A DNA stretch of 64,000 nt, from assembly GCA_010093705.1 (NCBI GenBank), contig MU006100.1, positions 718,745 through 782,744 on the forward strand, read 5' to 3'. The notes below the pieces were generated by a model. That model saw nothing but the letters and a program-made list of their open reading frames with translations, was not told the origin of the DNA and made no database searches. The position numbers and the translations under genes were made by a program. Of this stretch, positions 50,416-63,458 are shown one piece after another (the first letter of the stretch is position 1; each line of letters opens with the position of its first letter). The DNA is from Patellaria atrata CBS 101060. Its lineage: Eukaryota.

Positions 50416-52621
50416 ATGTACTATCTTCAGGTATCTTTCACAGAAACGCTCATCAACCCAGCATCGTTTCTGGGGCGTAAGAGACAAACGGTCCTTCTGA
50501 ACACCCTTCCCTTCCAACTGAGGGTATTGAAAGAGATAGGCCGATACGATGCCTTTAGACTCAAATGGCATCCTACTTACGATGAATCGCGTAATATTTG
50601 GCCTGGACCCATGCATGCGTTTTGGGACTCAGATGTTGCTAAATGGATAGAAGGAGCATGCTATTTTCTCCATGACAACAGCGATGATGAAATTGAGCAC
50701 GCTGTAGATGAGCTTGTCGATATGATACGTGCGGCTCAGCATCCAGACGGCTATTTGAATATCTACTTTACCGTAGTCAAACCGAAAGAACGGTTCTCTA
50801 ACTTACGGGATATGCATGGACTGTACGTCAGTCCTCAAGTGAATTGCAAGCGATATTAACGTCGCTCAGATATAACGCCGGCCATCTTATTGAAGCGGCT
50901 TTAGCTCATGAACATCTATATCATAACAAGAAGCTTCTCTCCCCAATTCTGTCCTATGTCAAATTCCTGTCTAAAGTTTTTGGGCCTGGTGAAGAACAAA
51001 GGCACGGATATCCTGGCCATCTAGAAATTGAGCTAGCATTGCTAAGACTTTACCAATTGAGCCAAGATTCAGACCATCTTGCTCTGGCACGTTATTTCCT
51101 GACCGAGCGTGGTAATGGGAAAGGTATGGAAGGCAGCACTATTACGACTGGGAAGCTTCGAAACGAGACGAAGGGCCGTATCTACGGCCAGATCACTATC
51201 CTAATCAGCGCGCATACTGGTATCAGCAGGCGCACTTATCCATTATTGAGCAGAATACTATTCAGGGCCATTCCGTAAGAGCAATGTAACTTTTCACAGC
51301 TGTAACAGATCTGTGTTTAACTGACCCGAGTGTCGATGGCTTGGGTCTCAAAGATTCAGCTCTCAGAATATGGAATAATATGGTAGATAAGAAGATGTAC
51401 GTGACTGGTGGGATAGGAGCGGTGAAGCAGTGGAAGGATTTGGTATTGACTACTTCTTACCTCCGGGGATCGATGAAGGAGGTTGTTCTGCCGAAACCTG
51501 TGCAAGTATTGGAGTGATGCTGCTAGCAGAGAGGCTGTTGCAGGTAAGTTCTCAGAGAGGATAGGAATATTTCAGAAATCTAACAAAGCAACTAGTTGAA
51601 CCTTAATGCAAGATACGCAGATATCCTTGAGCTTTATCTCTACAATACTGTATTTGCAGGTATGGCGAGCGATTGGCCATCATTCACGTATGCCAACCAG
51701 TTGGCTTCAAGTGATACTAACCCGTCCAAGCGGCATGAGTGGTTCTCGTGCGCGTGTTGTCCACCTAATATAACCAGACTTCTTCGATATATAACAGGCT
51801 ATCTGTGGACAACGAAAACCAATCTAGAAGGCCGATCGGCTACTCTTAATTGCCATTTGTATGGGTCCACAAAGCTTCGGCTCCCCTTCGGTGAACATTC
51901 TATCACAGTTAGTCAAAACAGTGCTTGGCCTTGGGAAGGTTTGGTAAATTTTAAGATAGAGACCCCTGATAATGTGTCACTGACTATGAGACTACGGATT
52001 CCGCGGTGGGCTCGTTCATGGAAGGTCTGTCGTAACGGTCTCCATCTTGAATGCATTAGGTACTAACACGTGTAGATAACGCCTGAGCCACATGCGTCTC
52101 CGCAGAGTGGCTATATCACTTTGTCTTCTGAGTATCTTCGTCAGAACCCCAACTTTGAACTTGACATACCACTGGAGGTAAGACAAATATCACCACACCC
52201 TCTTTCAAATCAACACGCAGTTGCGCTAGCGCGAGGACCCATTGTGTACTGCTTAGAGGATGTCGACAATTCATGGATCAATAATCACTTTAAGGTGCGT
52301 ACTGTGCTTTCTTCGAAAGTACAAAATTGGAAACTTCGACAAAAAATTGATAACTGATAGGGCCTTGTATTTGATACCAATGCAACTACGTCTGAGCATA
52401 CAGTTACCGATGCCAAGACTAAAAGTAAATACGTTATCGTGAAGGCCAACGGCAAGCATGGTCTACTTAGTCTTGAAGGCGCTGGAACCCCAGGCACTAT
52501 GACGAGTAATACGGAGCTAATAGGAACACAGGTTATTCTAGAATTTGTTTTTATTCCCTACTATTTCAGAGGAAACAGAGGGGGGAGTGGCCAGATGAGA
52601 GTTTTGTTGAGGCGGAAGTAG
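50416..52621 (+). pseudogene. GH127 beta-L-arabinofuranosidase (DUF1680) pseudogene
   Basis: GH127 motifs FWDSDVAKWIEG, YNAGHLIEAALAH, GHSVRAM, AETCASIG and WFSCACCPPN are present. The gene carries a frameshift near 51135, an in-frame TAA at 51287-51289 and a second frameshift near 51433. Confidence 0.85.
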
Positions 52622-52894
52622 ATGCCATAGTAAGGCCTACATCTTCCTCCCGCTGTCGGACTCGCCTACTCTATGCCCTTCCTCATGCTATCTCCGACTG
52701 TAATGTACAGGATCAACAAGAAATACAAAGAAGTTTCAGAGGTACAAACAACAAATCGATAGTGGTACACGTGCTATCCACCACATCTCCTATTTAGTCT
52801 TTGGCTCTATCTCTGGCTCTATTTTACAGGATATTTGAGAACGTACAAAGAGCTCCCAGCCGTACTTGGGCTGAACAGCCCGCTCATAGTAGAT

Positions 52895-53992
52895 TTAAGA
52901 AGCGTACAGAGACCGAGAATTATCATTGGTGACAGAGGAAGCGATATGGCAGCTAACAGTTCGTCTGAGTCCCTCCTCCATACTAATCCTAGGACGGTAG
53001 CCTAATCTTTCCTTCGCTTTCGTGATATCAAAAGTGCGGACCTGAACGGTGTACCTCAGCATTCGATATGTGACTCTTGGTTGCCCTCCCATTGTAACCA
53101 CCCAGTAGACCCATTCAAAGATGCTGAGAAAGAAGTAAACAAGCACCAATGGAATACGCCATATCTCTTTATCAGCGATTGGTCGACCGATCTCCCGGGC
53201 AACGGAGCGTGAGAAGTCCCAAAAAGGCCAGGGATCACCATTGGTCATGAAAAAGGCCTCTCCGTCCACTTTATTCTTCCTTTTAGCCCCCTGCGATAAA
53301 GAAGCATCTACGAGTTTGCCTGCCGCTAAAACATGCCCTTCTGCTGCATTTCCCGCGTATATGAAATCATACAGGTTCTTTCCGGTGCCGATATGGTACC
53401 TAGCTCTTCCAGACCGAGCGAGTTCGACTATATGCGGCATGAGTATACGATCCCCTTCTCCAAAAATCGTGCAAAGCCGTATCGCCACAGTCAGTAACCC
53501 ATTCGTACCGTTGGCTTTAAGTACTAGGTTCTCTCCGACCTGTTTGGTCTTTGCATACACACTTCCATCAACTGGTGATTCCGGTAGTGGAGATGATTCT
53601 TTGATCCAGATCATGTCGTCGTATGAATTCTGCACAACCTCCGAGCTGGAAGTATGTACGAGAACTTTGATTCCGTATTCCATGGCGCAGTCAAGAACAT
53701 TTTGGGTGCCCACAATATTAACATTTTCCAACATCCTCTTACTGGCGGTCAAGGGATCAGGGGAGGCAGTGTTGAAGATGGTTTCCGCTTTCGATTCCTT
53801 CAGAGCTGATGATATGTCTTCAATAGAAGCGATGCTGCCATTAATGTAATGAACCCCAGGATATCGGTTGAACTTGGTAGAAATATCGAACACAGTGATA
53901 CTCGTGGCTTCACCGGATTCCAGGAGGTACTTGACAATATGGTGTCCCAACAGGCCACAACCCCCAATGACCAAAACAGATCCCAAGCTCAT
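52895..53992 (-). CDS. 3-beta-hydroxysteroid dehydrogenase / sterol-4-alpha-carboxylate 3-dehydrogenase (ERG26-like), intronless
   Basis: VLVIGGCGLLGHHIV NAD motif, VNIVGTQNV, VHTSS, catalytic YAKTK, YDFIYAGNAAEGH, GEAFFMTN and FDITKAKERLGYRP. Confidence 0.88.
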   Translation of the reverse strand: MSLGSVLVIGGCGLLGHHIVKYLLESGEATSITVFDISTKFNRYPGVHYINGSIASIEDISSALKESKAETIFNTASPDPLTASKRMLENVNIVGTQNVLDCAMEYGIKVLVHTSSSEVVQNSYDDMIWIKESSPLPESPVDGSVYAKTKQVGENLVLKANGTNGLLTVAIRLCTIFGEGDRILMPHIVELARSGRARYHIGTGKNLYDFIYAGNAAEGHVLAAGKLVDASLSQGAKRKNKVDGEAFFMTNGDPWPFWDFSRSVAREIGRPIADKEIWRIPLVLVYFFLSIFEWVYWVVTMGGQPRVTYRMLRYTVQVRTFDITKAKERLGYRPRISMEEGLRRTVSCHIASSVTNDNSRSLYAS

Positions 53993-54559
53993 AATGATGG
54001 TACTTTGTATAAATGGAAATACCACAGAGGAGGTATTTGGGGAAAGTGAAGTTTTTGTAATGTAGAGAGATAATTACTAGGATGGTTATACAGCCCAACA
54101 AGTAGGATTCAGGCGCCCAGCGCTAGCGTACTGATTTTGACACTTCAAAAGCTAATTTTAGTAATATCATTGTAAAATCTAACCTAGTATCAACATATAT
54201 CTTTTACGTTTACTCGCTAACTAGCTAACCGTGAAGTTAGAGCCCCTACCTAGAGAAGTCAGCCTCGTGTCTATTTTTCATACATTTTGTTGTTAAGTAA
54301 GATACCAGTTTGAATTCAAGGTCGCTCATCTGTTTTCAACGTTAAGTTCGGAATTGAAATAGAAGGCCATTAGGGACTAAACTTAAGAATAAAGTATACC
54401 GTTTCCCAAGTATTTAAATACTCGGCCGCGATACGCCGAGCTCAAAGCAGTATCCGGTTCTACTCTGCTGCAGAGGTTGCTATATAAACCCGACACGACT
54501 ACAGTACAGCTCCTTACTAGAGAATACAAATTTCCCTAGAAATTTACTTAGCGCAGATG

Positions 54560-56338
54560 CTATTCTCGTACTTTGATACGACATGGAAAACCGTCCGCCG
54601 GATGCGCTCCGCCATTCCCGATCTGATACGCCCGCTCTCCGTCAAAAGTCTGATACCGTTTTTGGGGGTATTTGAGATCCCATTCCTCGTACGCATCCGT
54701 CACATCAAAGAGTCTAACCGTCATTGCCAGGGTAATTCTGAGGTCGAGCATGGATAATGTTTGACCCAGACAGTCCCGCTTTCCAAATTCAAAGGGTCTC
54801 CAGGCGCCTTTAACAGGATATAACTCATCGTCAGGGCCAACTAAGAACCTCTCGGGGAGGAATGATTTTGGCTCCTTCCAATATTTCGGATTGCGGTGAA
54901 GGGTCCCGTGTAAGACCCATACCATCGTTCCCTCGGTCGGATACCTGTTTCCTTCGTCATCCTCAAGATACACACCAGGTGCTCCGGAACGCATCCCTCC
55001 TGCTGGTGGGAACAGTCGCAATGTCTCCTTTAAAACGGCGTTGGTATAAGGAAGTTGGTTGAGAAGTTGGGGTTGTTCTCTTAGCAGCCGTGGAGTGTCT
55101 GAACGGTCTTTGCCAAAGACTCGATCGTGCTCGTCACGAAGTTTCTTAAGCGCAGATGGATTTTTCGAAAGTAGATAGAAGCAGTAGCAAATTGTTGGGG
55201 AAGTTGAATCATGTCCGACAAAGAAGAAGAGTCTCAGTTGAGTGATTGCCCACTTCTTGAAGTTAGGGTCAAGTTTGTTCTCGAAAGTTGTTCGCCCACT
55301 CATATAGTCAGCCAATGCCAAATCTATGGCAGCCCGGTTCGCTTGAGAAGCGCTCTTGTCACGTTTGCGCTCCTCGTAGCGCTTATCAAGCACTGCAGAA
55401 ACGTACTGATCCATCTGGTATCCGTTATACCAAGAAATTAAACGAATCAGTGGACTCCATCGAACAAGCGGACTCTTCAGCTCGCCTAGAAAATGCCATC
55501 CCAGAGTGTGCTTTAAGGCGGAGGCTAAGGGGTTCTTCTTCCCTTGTTGGCAATGCATTCTCGTGTTTCTAATGTAGTTTAATCAGAGATTTTCTAAAAA
55601 GTTGTGACGGTGAAAGCATACAATGTCATCGCACCACTGATATCCCTAGTATAGTTAAGTGTGACTTCATCCAATTGAAACATTACGCGTTTTTCTGCAT
55701 ATCCACGAAGCACATCCACATAGACCTCTGCTTCTTGCACGATGTGTGCTGTTTGGTTTAAGATATAGCTAGAGTTGAATCCGGATGAGAAAAGTGATCT
55801 GCTATGTTTTGAGTCCTCACCATTCATAGTGAAAATGCTGTTTCCTCCAGCTATTGGATGAAGGAATGGTACGAGATCTTCCGGTTTACCAAGATCGTAT
55901 TGCTGACAAGCTTGGATTGCGTATTTTGGCGAGGATACAATAAGCAGTGGTTTTATGAATGGCCATAAATCCACGTAGAAGAGGGAGTTAGATTTCTGAA
56001 AATTGGGGGAAAGCGACCGGAATATGTCTGGACGTTGAATGTCCGGTGGAAGTTTGTTTGTGCTGTACGTGTCGTTTACGAAGAGTAGATGGCCAAAGAT
56101 GGGATTCCACTTTGGCATTGGCTTATAGGAAGGTAATTAGTATAATTGAGAAAAAAAGAGAGCGCACAGTTTCACGTTAGACTGTATAATTACGCACCAT
56201 GCCTTGCTTTACTTTCTTGTAGAAGTCAGAACGTGCTGCGTAGACCTTCGCAATTACGCTGATGAGAGCAACGCCGCAAATGGCGGCCAAGGCGAAGAGA
56301 ACGCTATGTGCTGTAACCATGACTTTGTGAACTGCCAT
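54560..56338 (-). CDS. Cytochrome P450
   Basis: N-terminal membrane anchor, I-helix FFVGHDST, ETLR, FLPERF and heme motif PFEFGKRDCLG; two introns. Confidence 0.93.
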
Positions 56339-57039
56339 ATTGATGATTATGAGGGGACAAATTAATTTCTTAGACAAGGCAAAAGAGAAAAAAAAAGTGT
56401 CAAGACGGTGAAGTAGCTCTCGACAAAGTACTACGGATTCAGGTTACACAGGTAGTGGGGAGGAGGTTTGGGGGCGGAACAATCATCAAGCAACCCGAGA
56501 CAATCAAGAAATTATCGTATGCAGCAGAATACACTTGGAAATACATTTCGAATATACTGAATATAAGGTGAAAATGTTGATGGAATGTTAAGTAGTATAT
56601 CGAACTTGGGGCCTTAGAATTAGAACTAAGCTAGTCCTGATAAGGTATGTCGCTGTACACCTCAGTACCTTAATAATCTACATCCATGTTTCCTTCAGGT
56701 TATTTGATACCTCATCCCCCCCAGTAAATTCCAACAATGCAGGTAATCTATTAAGCGCCGTCGGGTCCCGTAACATCATCCATGAATTCATCCATGATAC
56801 CATCCATCTGGATGATACCACCACACCTTAAACTACACCCCATGTCTTATTAGAACTATATGTTGCCTTATCAACAGTCCTTCCCTATTAGCTTAGAATC
56901 TACACTTTAGTCTCCGAGGACTCGTTTCCCTCATCTGCCCTCCAATTATTTTCTATTTATTCACAAGTGTAAAAAACAGTTCAGTGAGTAAGTAATCATA
57001 CCCATCCCCTTTACGCACCAGGAGTGACACTTAGTTCCA

Positions 57040-58438
57040 TTAGAGCGATGACTTTCTTGTCGACGGCCTGGACAGGTCATTTGGCCTTGTGATAAAGCTG
57101 TCTTTCGTAGTGAAGCTGTCTTTAGCGGTGGATATAAAGCTGTCCTTGGTGGTAGAGCTCTCCTTCGTCATATAGCTGTCCTTCGTGATACAACTATCAG
57201 GCTCGCTGATCTGGGTCTTCGTCTCCGAAACTAACCCTTGTGCAGCCAAACTACCCTCATAATTGGTCCGATTGTTCCGACGTATGAAGGTCCAAACACC
57301 CGTCATTGTAGCTCGTGGGATCTCGGGTAAATTCATCTCCGTGTCTTCGTCTTGCCTTCGGCGTCTGAAGTAGTTGAAGCTGTACGACGGTCTTTTCACC
57401 CGTTCCTCATATCTTTGTCGCTCTCTGTATAGGACGAAAAACGTCCTGTATGCTGTGAGAGAGGCCATCAATATGGCGACAGCTGATTCAAGGTACTGCC
57501 AAAACATTTCGTACGGAATATCAATCGCTTTGTGGCCGTGCATCTTGCTTACTCGGGCGATGGCTAGAACTACCATGACAAGCGAAAGACTGAGAAAGAC
57601 CCCCACGGCCGCCTTTTGCGCCGTTCGTATCTGAGATCGATGTAGCACAATTATAGGAATGCTCACGACTGGTTTTATTAGCATTGAATCAGCCTATGAG
57701 AGAAATTGGGGCCTTTACGAAGCAAATCCGTTACGATATCCAAACCTGTTACCAATCCAGTCAAAGAATAGTAGAGCTTGCTATCAAAATTTTGGGCGCA
57801 TTCCACTGTTTTTCGTCAGTCCAATCTTTTTGACACCATTTAAGGGTAAATTCACTGGATTTTAGACCAACATGCGGGCAAAGAATATGTGGTTCTCCAA
57901 TCACAAACACCCAAGAGATAATAGTAAGGCCGACAACAAACCAGTAGTACTGATGGATGCGATTGACTGATTGAATGAGCCGCCTGAAAAATGCGAGAAA
58001 TGAAAGTTTCACGGAGAAAGTTGCAGTCCACAATAAGCTAAGGGCAATCTTGTTGTAAGTGTTGAACTCTTTTAATGCTGTGAACATTCTCTCTGCGCCA
58101 GCGGAAAACGCTAGTTCAGGACGGATCCAGATCCCCTGGGTCAAGTACATGTTGTCGAAGTTCCTGTATATGAGTCCAGTGGCGGCGATAAGACATGCAC
58201 ACCCGAAGAACACCAGATAATCGTCTAGAGCGACGGCGGGACGAGACTTGAACCGGATTATAGCTCTACCGGTGACGGAGATGACAGAAAGACCGAAGAA
58301 TACGCCAGCAACGACCTGAATAAGTATCAGCAGGGATTCTCATTTGACAATGTGCATCTCCATTACCTCGAAAGTCTTCATCTTAATGCTTGCCAACTTA
58401 TCCATCTCCCCCATTATATCTGTAGACTGAGAGGACAT
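57040..58438 (-). CDS. PTH11-like integral membrane protein (fungal rhodopsin/GPCR-like domain)
   Basis: GRAIIRF..LDDYLVFFG, VKLSFLAFFRRL, DIVTDL/VVSIPIIVL and LESAVAILMASL motifs; about seven TM segments; three introns. Confidence 0.85.
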
Positions 58439-60807
58439 GATCGACACGATTTCCCGTGATTAACAGTACAAAAACAAAAATTCAAAGACACGCAAAAAGG
58501 TAGTAGAGGTAGTTCATCAACTCATAACGAGCTATGGCGAGGAGGGGATGAAGTTGATAAAATAGTGGGTGAAATTCTGATTTTAAGTCAGCTTAAAGTA
58601 GTGAGGAACATTAACTAGGTTCTGGGCTCTTTAGGTCACTTGAGGTTACATTGAAGGTACGATAAACCGAACAGCCCCGGTTCGTGGTATCAATGCCCTA
58701 TTTTTATACATCAAATACATTCCGGACTATGTAAGAGCTAGTGCAATCAACTTGATAGTGATCAAGATCTCGACCAATTCTCCCCCCTTGTCAATCTTGT
58801 TCAATGAGCCGAGGGATGCTAAACCATGGGGAAGACAGAAGTCGAAACTTCGGCAAGATATCGCATGAAATATCAAATAGATGCTCAAAGTTGCTCCCGG
58901 ATGGGTTGCTCAGCTGCGGTAATCTTCAATTGTTAACTAAAAACTTATCCAGTTACTATTCTCCAGACAGAGATTGACCTTTTTTACTTTGTTTCGCTAT
59001 ATAGTGAAGAAACCGGAAATACTCTGGACTGACAAATAGTGTTCTTGGTCTCACGTTCCGTTATCCCTTTGGAATTTTCGGCTGAAAGTCTGCGGCATGG
59101 CTTTCAGTCGTGTAACGATAAGCTTTGACTAGGGTTCGAAGGGTCAACGTGGATCGGTGGTGGTCAAGTGTTGGATTTGAAGATCTCCACTATGGGGTAG
59201 TTAGCGAGGTTCAAGTATGAACTCCATTATACACCGGATCCGGCCAATCGTATGACTTTTAGTCAGAGTAAAAGATGTTGGTATTCCTCATGGTTCTATA
59301 TTCTGGAGCAACTTAATACTGAAGCGGATATATCAATACCAATTAGTTCAGGACCAAACGGTTGAGTCTTGTAAAGGGCCGTTCCATACAGGATATTGAA
59401 TGAGAAAGATTCAGTCTATAGGGATCTTGTCCCTAACAAAGACGGCGTGAATAATCTTCATCATCTCGACTCTCAATTTTAGACAAACGATTCAAGTCCG
59501 GCAGTTACATGGAAGTATTGAAGCCTGCAGGATCGGAAGTGCGCACAGTTTCTGGAAACTCTCAATCAGCTTTGGTTGTCAAAACTTTCCGCCCCAGGTA
59601 TGCGACGAAAATTCAATAATTCCCGGAAAATACCTCCATGCAGGTCTTTCCAACAGGCTCGATTCTGGTGTTTACCTGGCCTAAGAATACCCCGCCATCC
59701 GAATCCAGTAGAGTTGCTTAACCACCTACTCTAAATGAAGGTGTAGCTGATAGTTATCAGGCTGAGCTACCAATGGAAGGGAGGACGGAAGCTTTGTGTC
59801 AGGATGTCACTCGAACCAACAGAGCACTTTAAGTTGCACGCATATGATATGATATGATATGGCTGGGAGTTGCACCTGTCGTGTCACCCGATAAGGAAGA
59901 AAAGATGGTGTATTAGAAACAGTTGGCAGTGGATTAGGGCTAACATTTAAGTATCCGATGAAGTGGAAAGTAAGGTAGGGTAGCAGTAAGGTGGAGAAGT
60001 TGTGCTGGCGCTAAACCTGGTTGCTGGACGCTAAAGCAAACCTGGCACTTGGGCTGAGGTGTAAATTGGGACGAGATGACGATCGCGCTAATCCGTTCTC
60101 AGTCATAGTTATACGCTCGGCAGCGGCCCGCTAACGTTGCCGCCCGCTCGGCAGCTACCGGTACACCTTGTACCGCAGAAGAACTACTACGAAAGTTAGA
60201 ACTACAGCCTCACACCAACATCATATCATTATCATTTGAGACTGCTTTTCCCTAATAACACGATAATGTTACCCTGGAACCCGGGTTAGGCCTAATCGCC
60301 AAAGACACTATCCTTGCCTCATTTGTTGTGATGAAACTTAGTCAACAGCCAGAATTAGCCAATCTCTGTCACTTCTTGTCTTCATCTTCTGAAATCCAAC
60401 GGGCTGTGGTTCCTGCTGTAGCATCGATACAGAAGTCTACATGGTACTTAATGCGAATCACTCATATGATGTTGGCCGGCGGTATCTCCTTTTGAGGAAG
60501 ATGATACGAGAGACAAGATTGTGCCTTGTTGAGCAATCATGAACCCCGACATTGTAAGTCTAATATTGGAGTCTACAATTGTCTCCTTTGCGAAGACCAT
60601 GAGTGCGCCACTGTCAGCATTTCATAATATACGAAAATATGGCGGATAGTCGAGGTGATGTCGGGCAAAGGAACGGACTTGGGCTACTGGCTTAGAAAGG
60701 AGGCCAGTATATATAGCCATCAGTCCGTGTCAATCTATCAGCAACAGTCAATTGGTTTCTTCTAAGTGTTATTACTGAACCCCAACCCTCATATTCACCG
60801 TCACACA

Positions 60808-62770
60808 ATGGATTTCCCAAGTTCCATTGATGTGAATCTTCCCCTGGGGCGATTCCCATCATTGTGGTCCACATGGTTGGACTTGAACGACAATGTTCGA
60901 GCAATCTTGGGGATTGGGTGCTTGATTCTCATTCCAATTATAATGAACTATGCTATTGCCTGGGCCATGTACCATTGGCAACACTGGAACGTCGATGAGC
61001 AGCAGATCCCTCCAGAATACCCTTCATTCATACCGTACATCGGCAACATCATTCCTTTCATTTTTGATGGGAAAAACTTCGTTCAAAGAGTGACGTAAGT
61101 AGGAAGGCGTGCTTGCTTTAGAAACATGTTTAACGTCGATGCTAAAACTTGTCCAGATCATACGCAGGCAGAGTCACCTCTACCAGGTTAAACGTGTTAG
61201 GGCAGGAGATCTACATATTCCAAGAGCCGGAAACACTTGCAGCATTGTGGAAGTCGCCAGTATTGTCCAGTCCCATCCAATCGTATGTGTTTGCGCTCAA
61301 ATACATTTGTGGAATGCAAGAGAAAGCACTCTCGCCTTACCGTGCAGACGATTCAGGGTCGTACCCAAAACCGTTTCCTGGGACTCAAGTCGAACCGCAT
61401 AATCGGGTGGACTACATCATTCATCAAGGGGTTCAAAGAGGCTTGGTAGGGCCTGGGTTGGTCCCGACAACCAGGCGTCTCACCAAAGCAGTTACCCGGA
61501 AAATTGAACATCTCCAAGTCTCCAAGGAGTGGACTGTGATACCAGATCTGTCCAGGTTCATGTATGACATTGTTGGAGTATCCATCATCGAATCTATATG
61601 CGGCCCCTCATTGATGAGTATCAACCCCGCATTTGCCGACGACTTTTGGACTTATGATAAGAATGTTCCATGGCTTTCGAGGGGCATACCCTCTTTCGTT
61701 ATCCCGAATGCATATCGAGTACGAGACCGTTTGATCGATCAGCTCAAAAATTGGCATTCATTTGCCAAATCGCATTTCACCGAGTCTGATATTGAAGACG
61801 ATGGTGACAGCGACCGTTTTTGGGGCTCTGAGATGATGAGATCGCGGCAAAAGACCCTTCGCCGAGTAGATGACCAGGATAATGATTCTATTGCTTCGAG
61901 TGATTTGGGCCTAATATGGGCGTAAGTCTTTCTACCTTCCGCCTCGTCATGTGCCACCTGAATCCGCTACTCGATCCAAACCCCACCCTGCGTCTAACTG
62001 TACCAACTGACATTTCTTTTCAGATCAGTTTCAAATATCCTTGGAGCATCAACGCTGGCTACAGCACACGTATTCAAGGATCGAAACCTCCTTAGCCGTG
62101 TCCGTGAAATTGCTCGGAATCATTCAGAAGATCAAGGCGAACATACTGAACTGGAATTGAAGCAGCTCCAAAAAGATCCATTACTCTCCTCTGTCTACGC
62201 CGAGGTGCTTCGTCTTTACAGCAAAGCTTTCATGATAGCGAAATCGCCACACGTGGACGTCTCACTTGGAAGATGGTGGTTTCCCAAAGACACGATGGGC
62301 CTTGCAAATTCTCATGTCTCGCATATGAATGATAATTTCTGGAATACCAAATGCGGGCTCTACCCCATTGATACATTCTGGGCTGATCGATTCGTGCAAG
62401 ACCCAAGGGACCCTTCGAGCGGTCCGATGAGACCAGAGTTCCAAGGAAAGGAAAGGAAAGCACATAACGAACCATTCTTCTCGCTTAAGGGGCTTGAGGG
62501 AGCATGGATACCTTATGGAGGCGAGTAGTCCTTTTCATTCCATATGCAAAAGACTGTGCTTAACTGATCTGTTATACAGGTGGTCATAAACAATGTCCAG
62601 GCCGGTTTCTGGCCAAAGCGGTGGTTATCTCAACATGCATCCTACTGTCGCAAAGGTTTGATATTGAGATGCTTACAGAGTCTATGGAAATGAGTCCATG
62701 GAAGTTTGGATTAGGGGTTCTCCGACCAAAGACAGAATTGCCGTTCAGAATCAGACGGAGAATGTCATGA
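60808..62770 (+). CDS. Cytochrome P450, CYP7/CYP8-like (cholesterol 7-alpha-hydroxylase/prostacyclin synthase-like)
   Basis: I-helix LIWA/SVSNIL, EVLRL, FWADRF and heme motif PYGG/GHKQCPGR across a GC-AG intron (62521-62579). Confidence 0.88.
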
Positions 62771-63458
62771 GGGGGGGGGGGATTAGAACTGGTGGTTCGC
62801 TTCAAACAAATAAGTAGTAGCTGTACTGTAAAACAACAACTACAAGATTTTCCAAATTTAGCTTCGTATACTGTATTTCGATGATCAGGTTGATTTCTAA
62901 AAGCCGTGAGATGGTGAAAACGTGGGAAGTCTCGTGGGGGCGAAAAGGGGGTCGTAAAGTTCTACCTTGGACCTTCGAGCTGCCCCCACATACAGACGAG
63001 AACGAGTTTCCTCCCATTTCTCCCGTTGAACCAACAGACAAACAACAAGATGCTGCTACAAGGGCTAGCGCGAGGCGCAACATTAGCATTATTGGATCTT
63101 CATCTTTTCTACAAATTTGGAACCTTGTGCTGACTGCTGATGATACCCCTCGTACATGTACAACAACCACCAACACGCTGGGGAAAGACCCCACAGTTCA
63201 AGTCTCCGAGCGCTCCAAGACCTTGATTTACCCACGCGCGGTCGCATTCATTTCCCAAAACGCGACGATGAATTCCATGTAGAATGTCTAGGGGGCACAG
63301 CTCATCTGGTTCTATGTTCATCGAGCCTCGATGCCTTCTCGTGTCACCCGAGAGAGTTGTTTGGGTCTGAGGCCTGGAAGTCTCAAGACTGACGAGCCTT
63401 ATTACATGTCCTGTCGATGATCTAAAAGACATCAAACCTCCAAACTCGTTTCAAAGCA

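Noticed and set aside
53241..53849. Long antisense ORFs (this one, also 13550-13888, 22104-22550, 39148-39417 and others)
   Set aside because: Shadow frames of well-supported genes on the opposite strand.
62802..63435. Several overlapping ORFs between the P450 and the ABC transporter
   Set aside because: No domain signal and conflicting strands; most likely the ABC transporter promoter/UTR.
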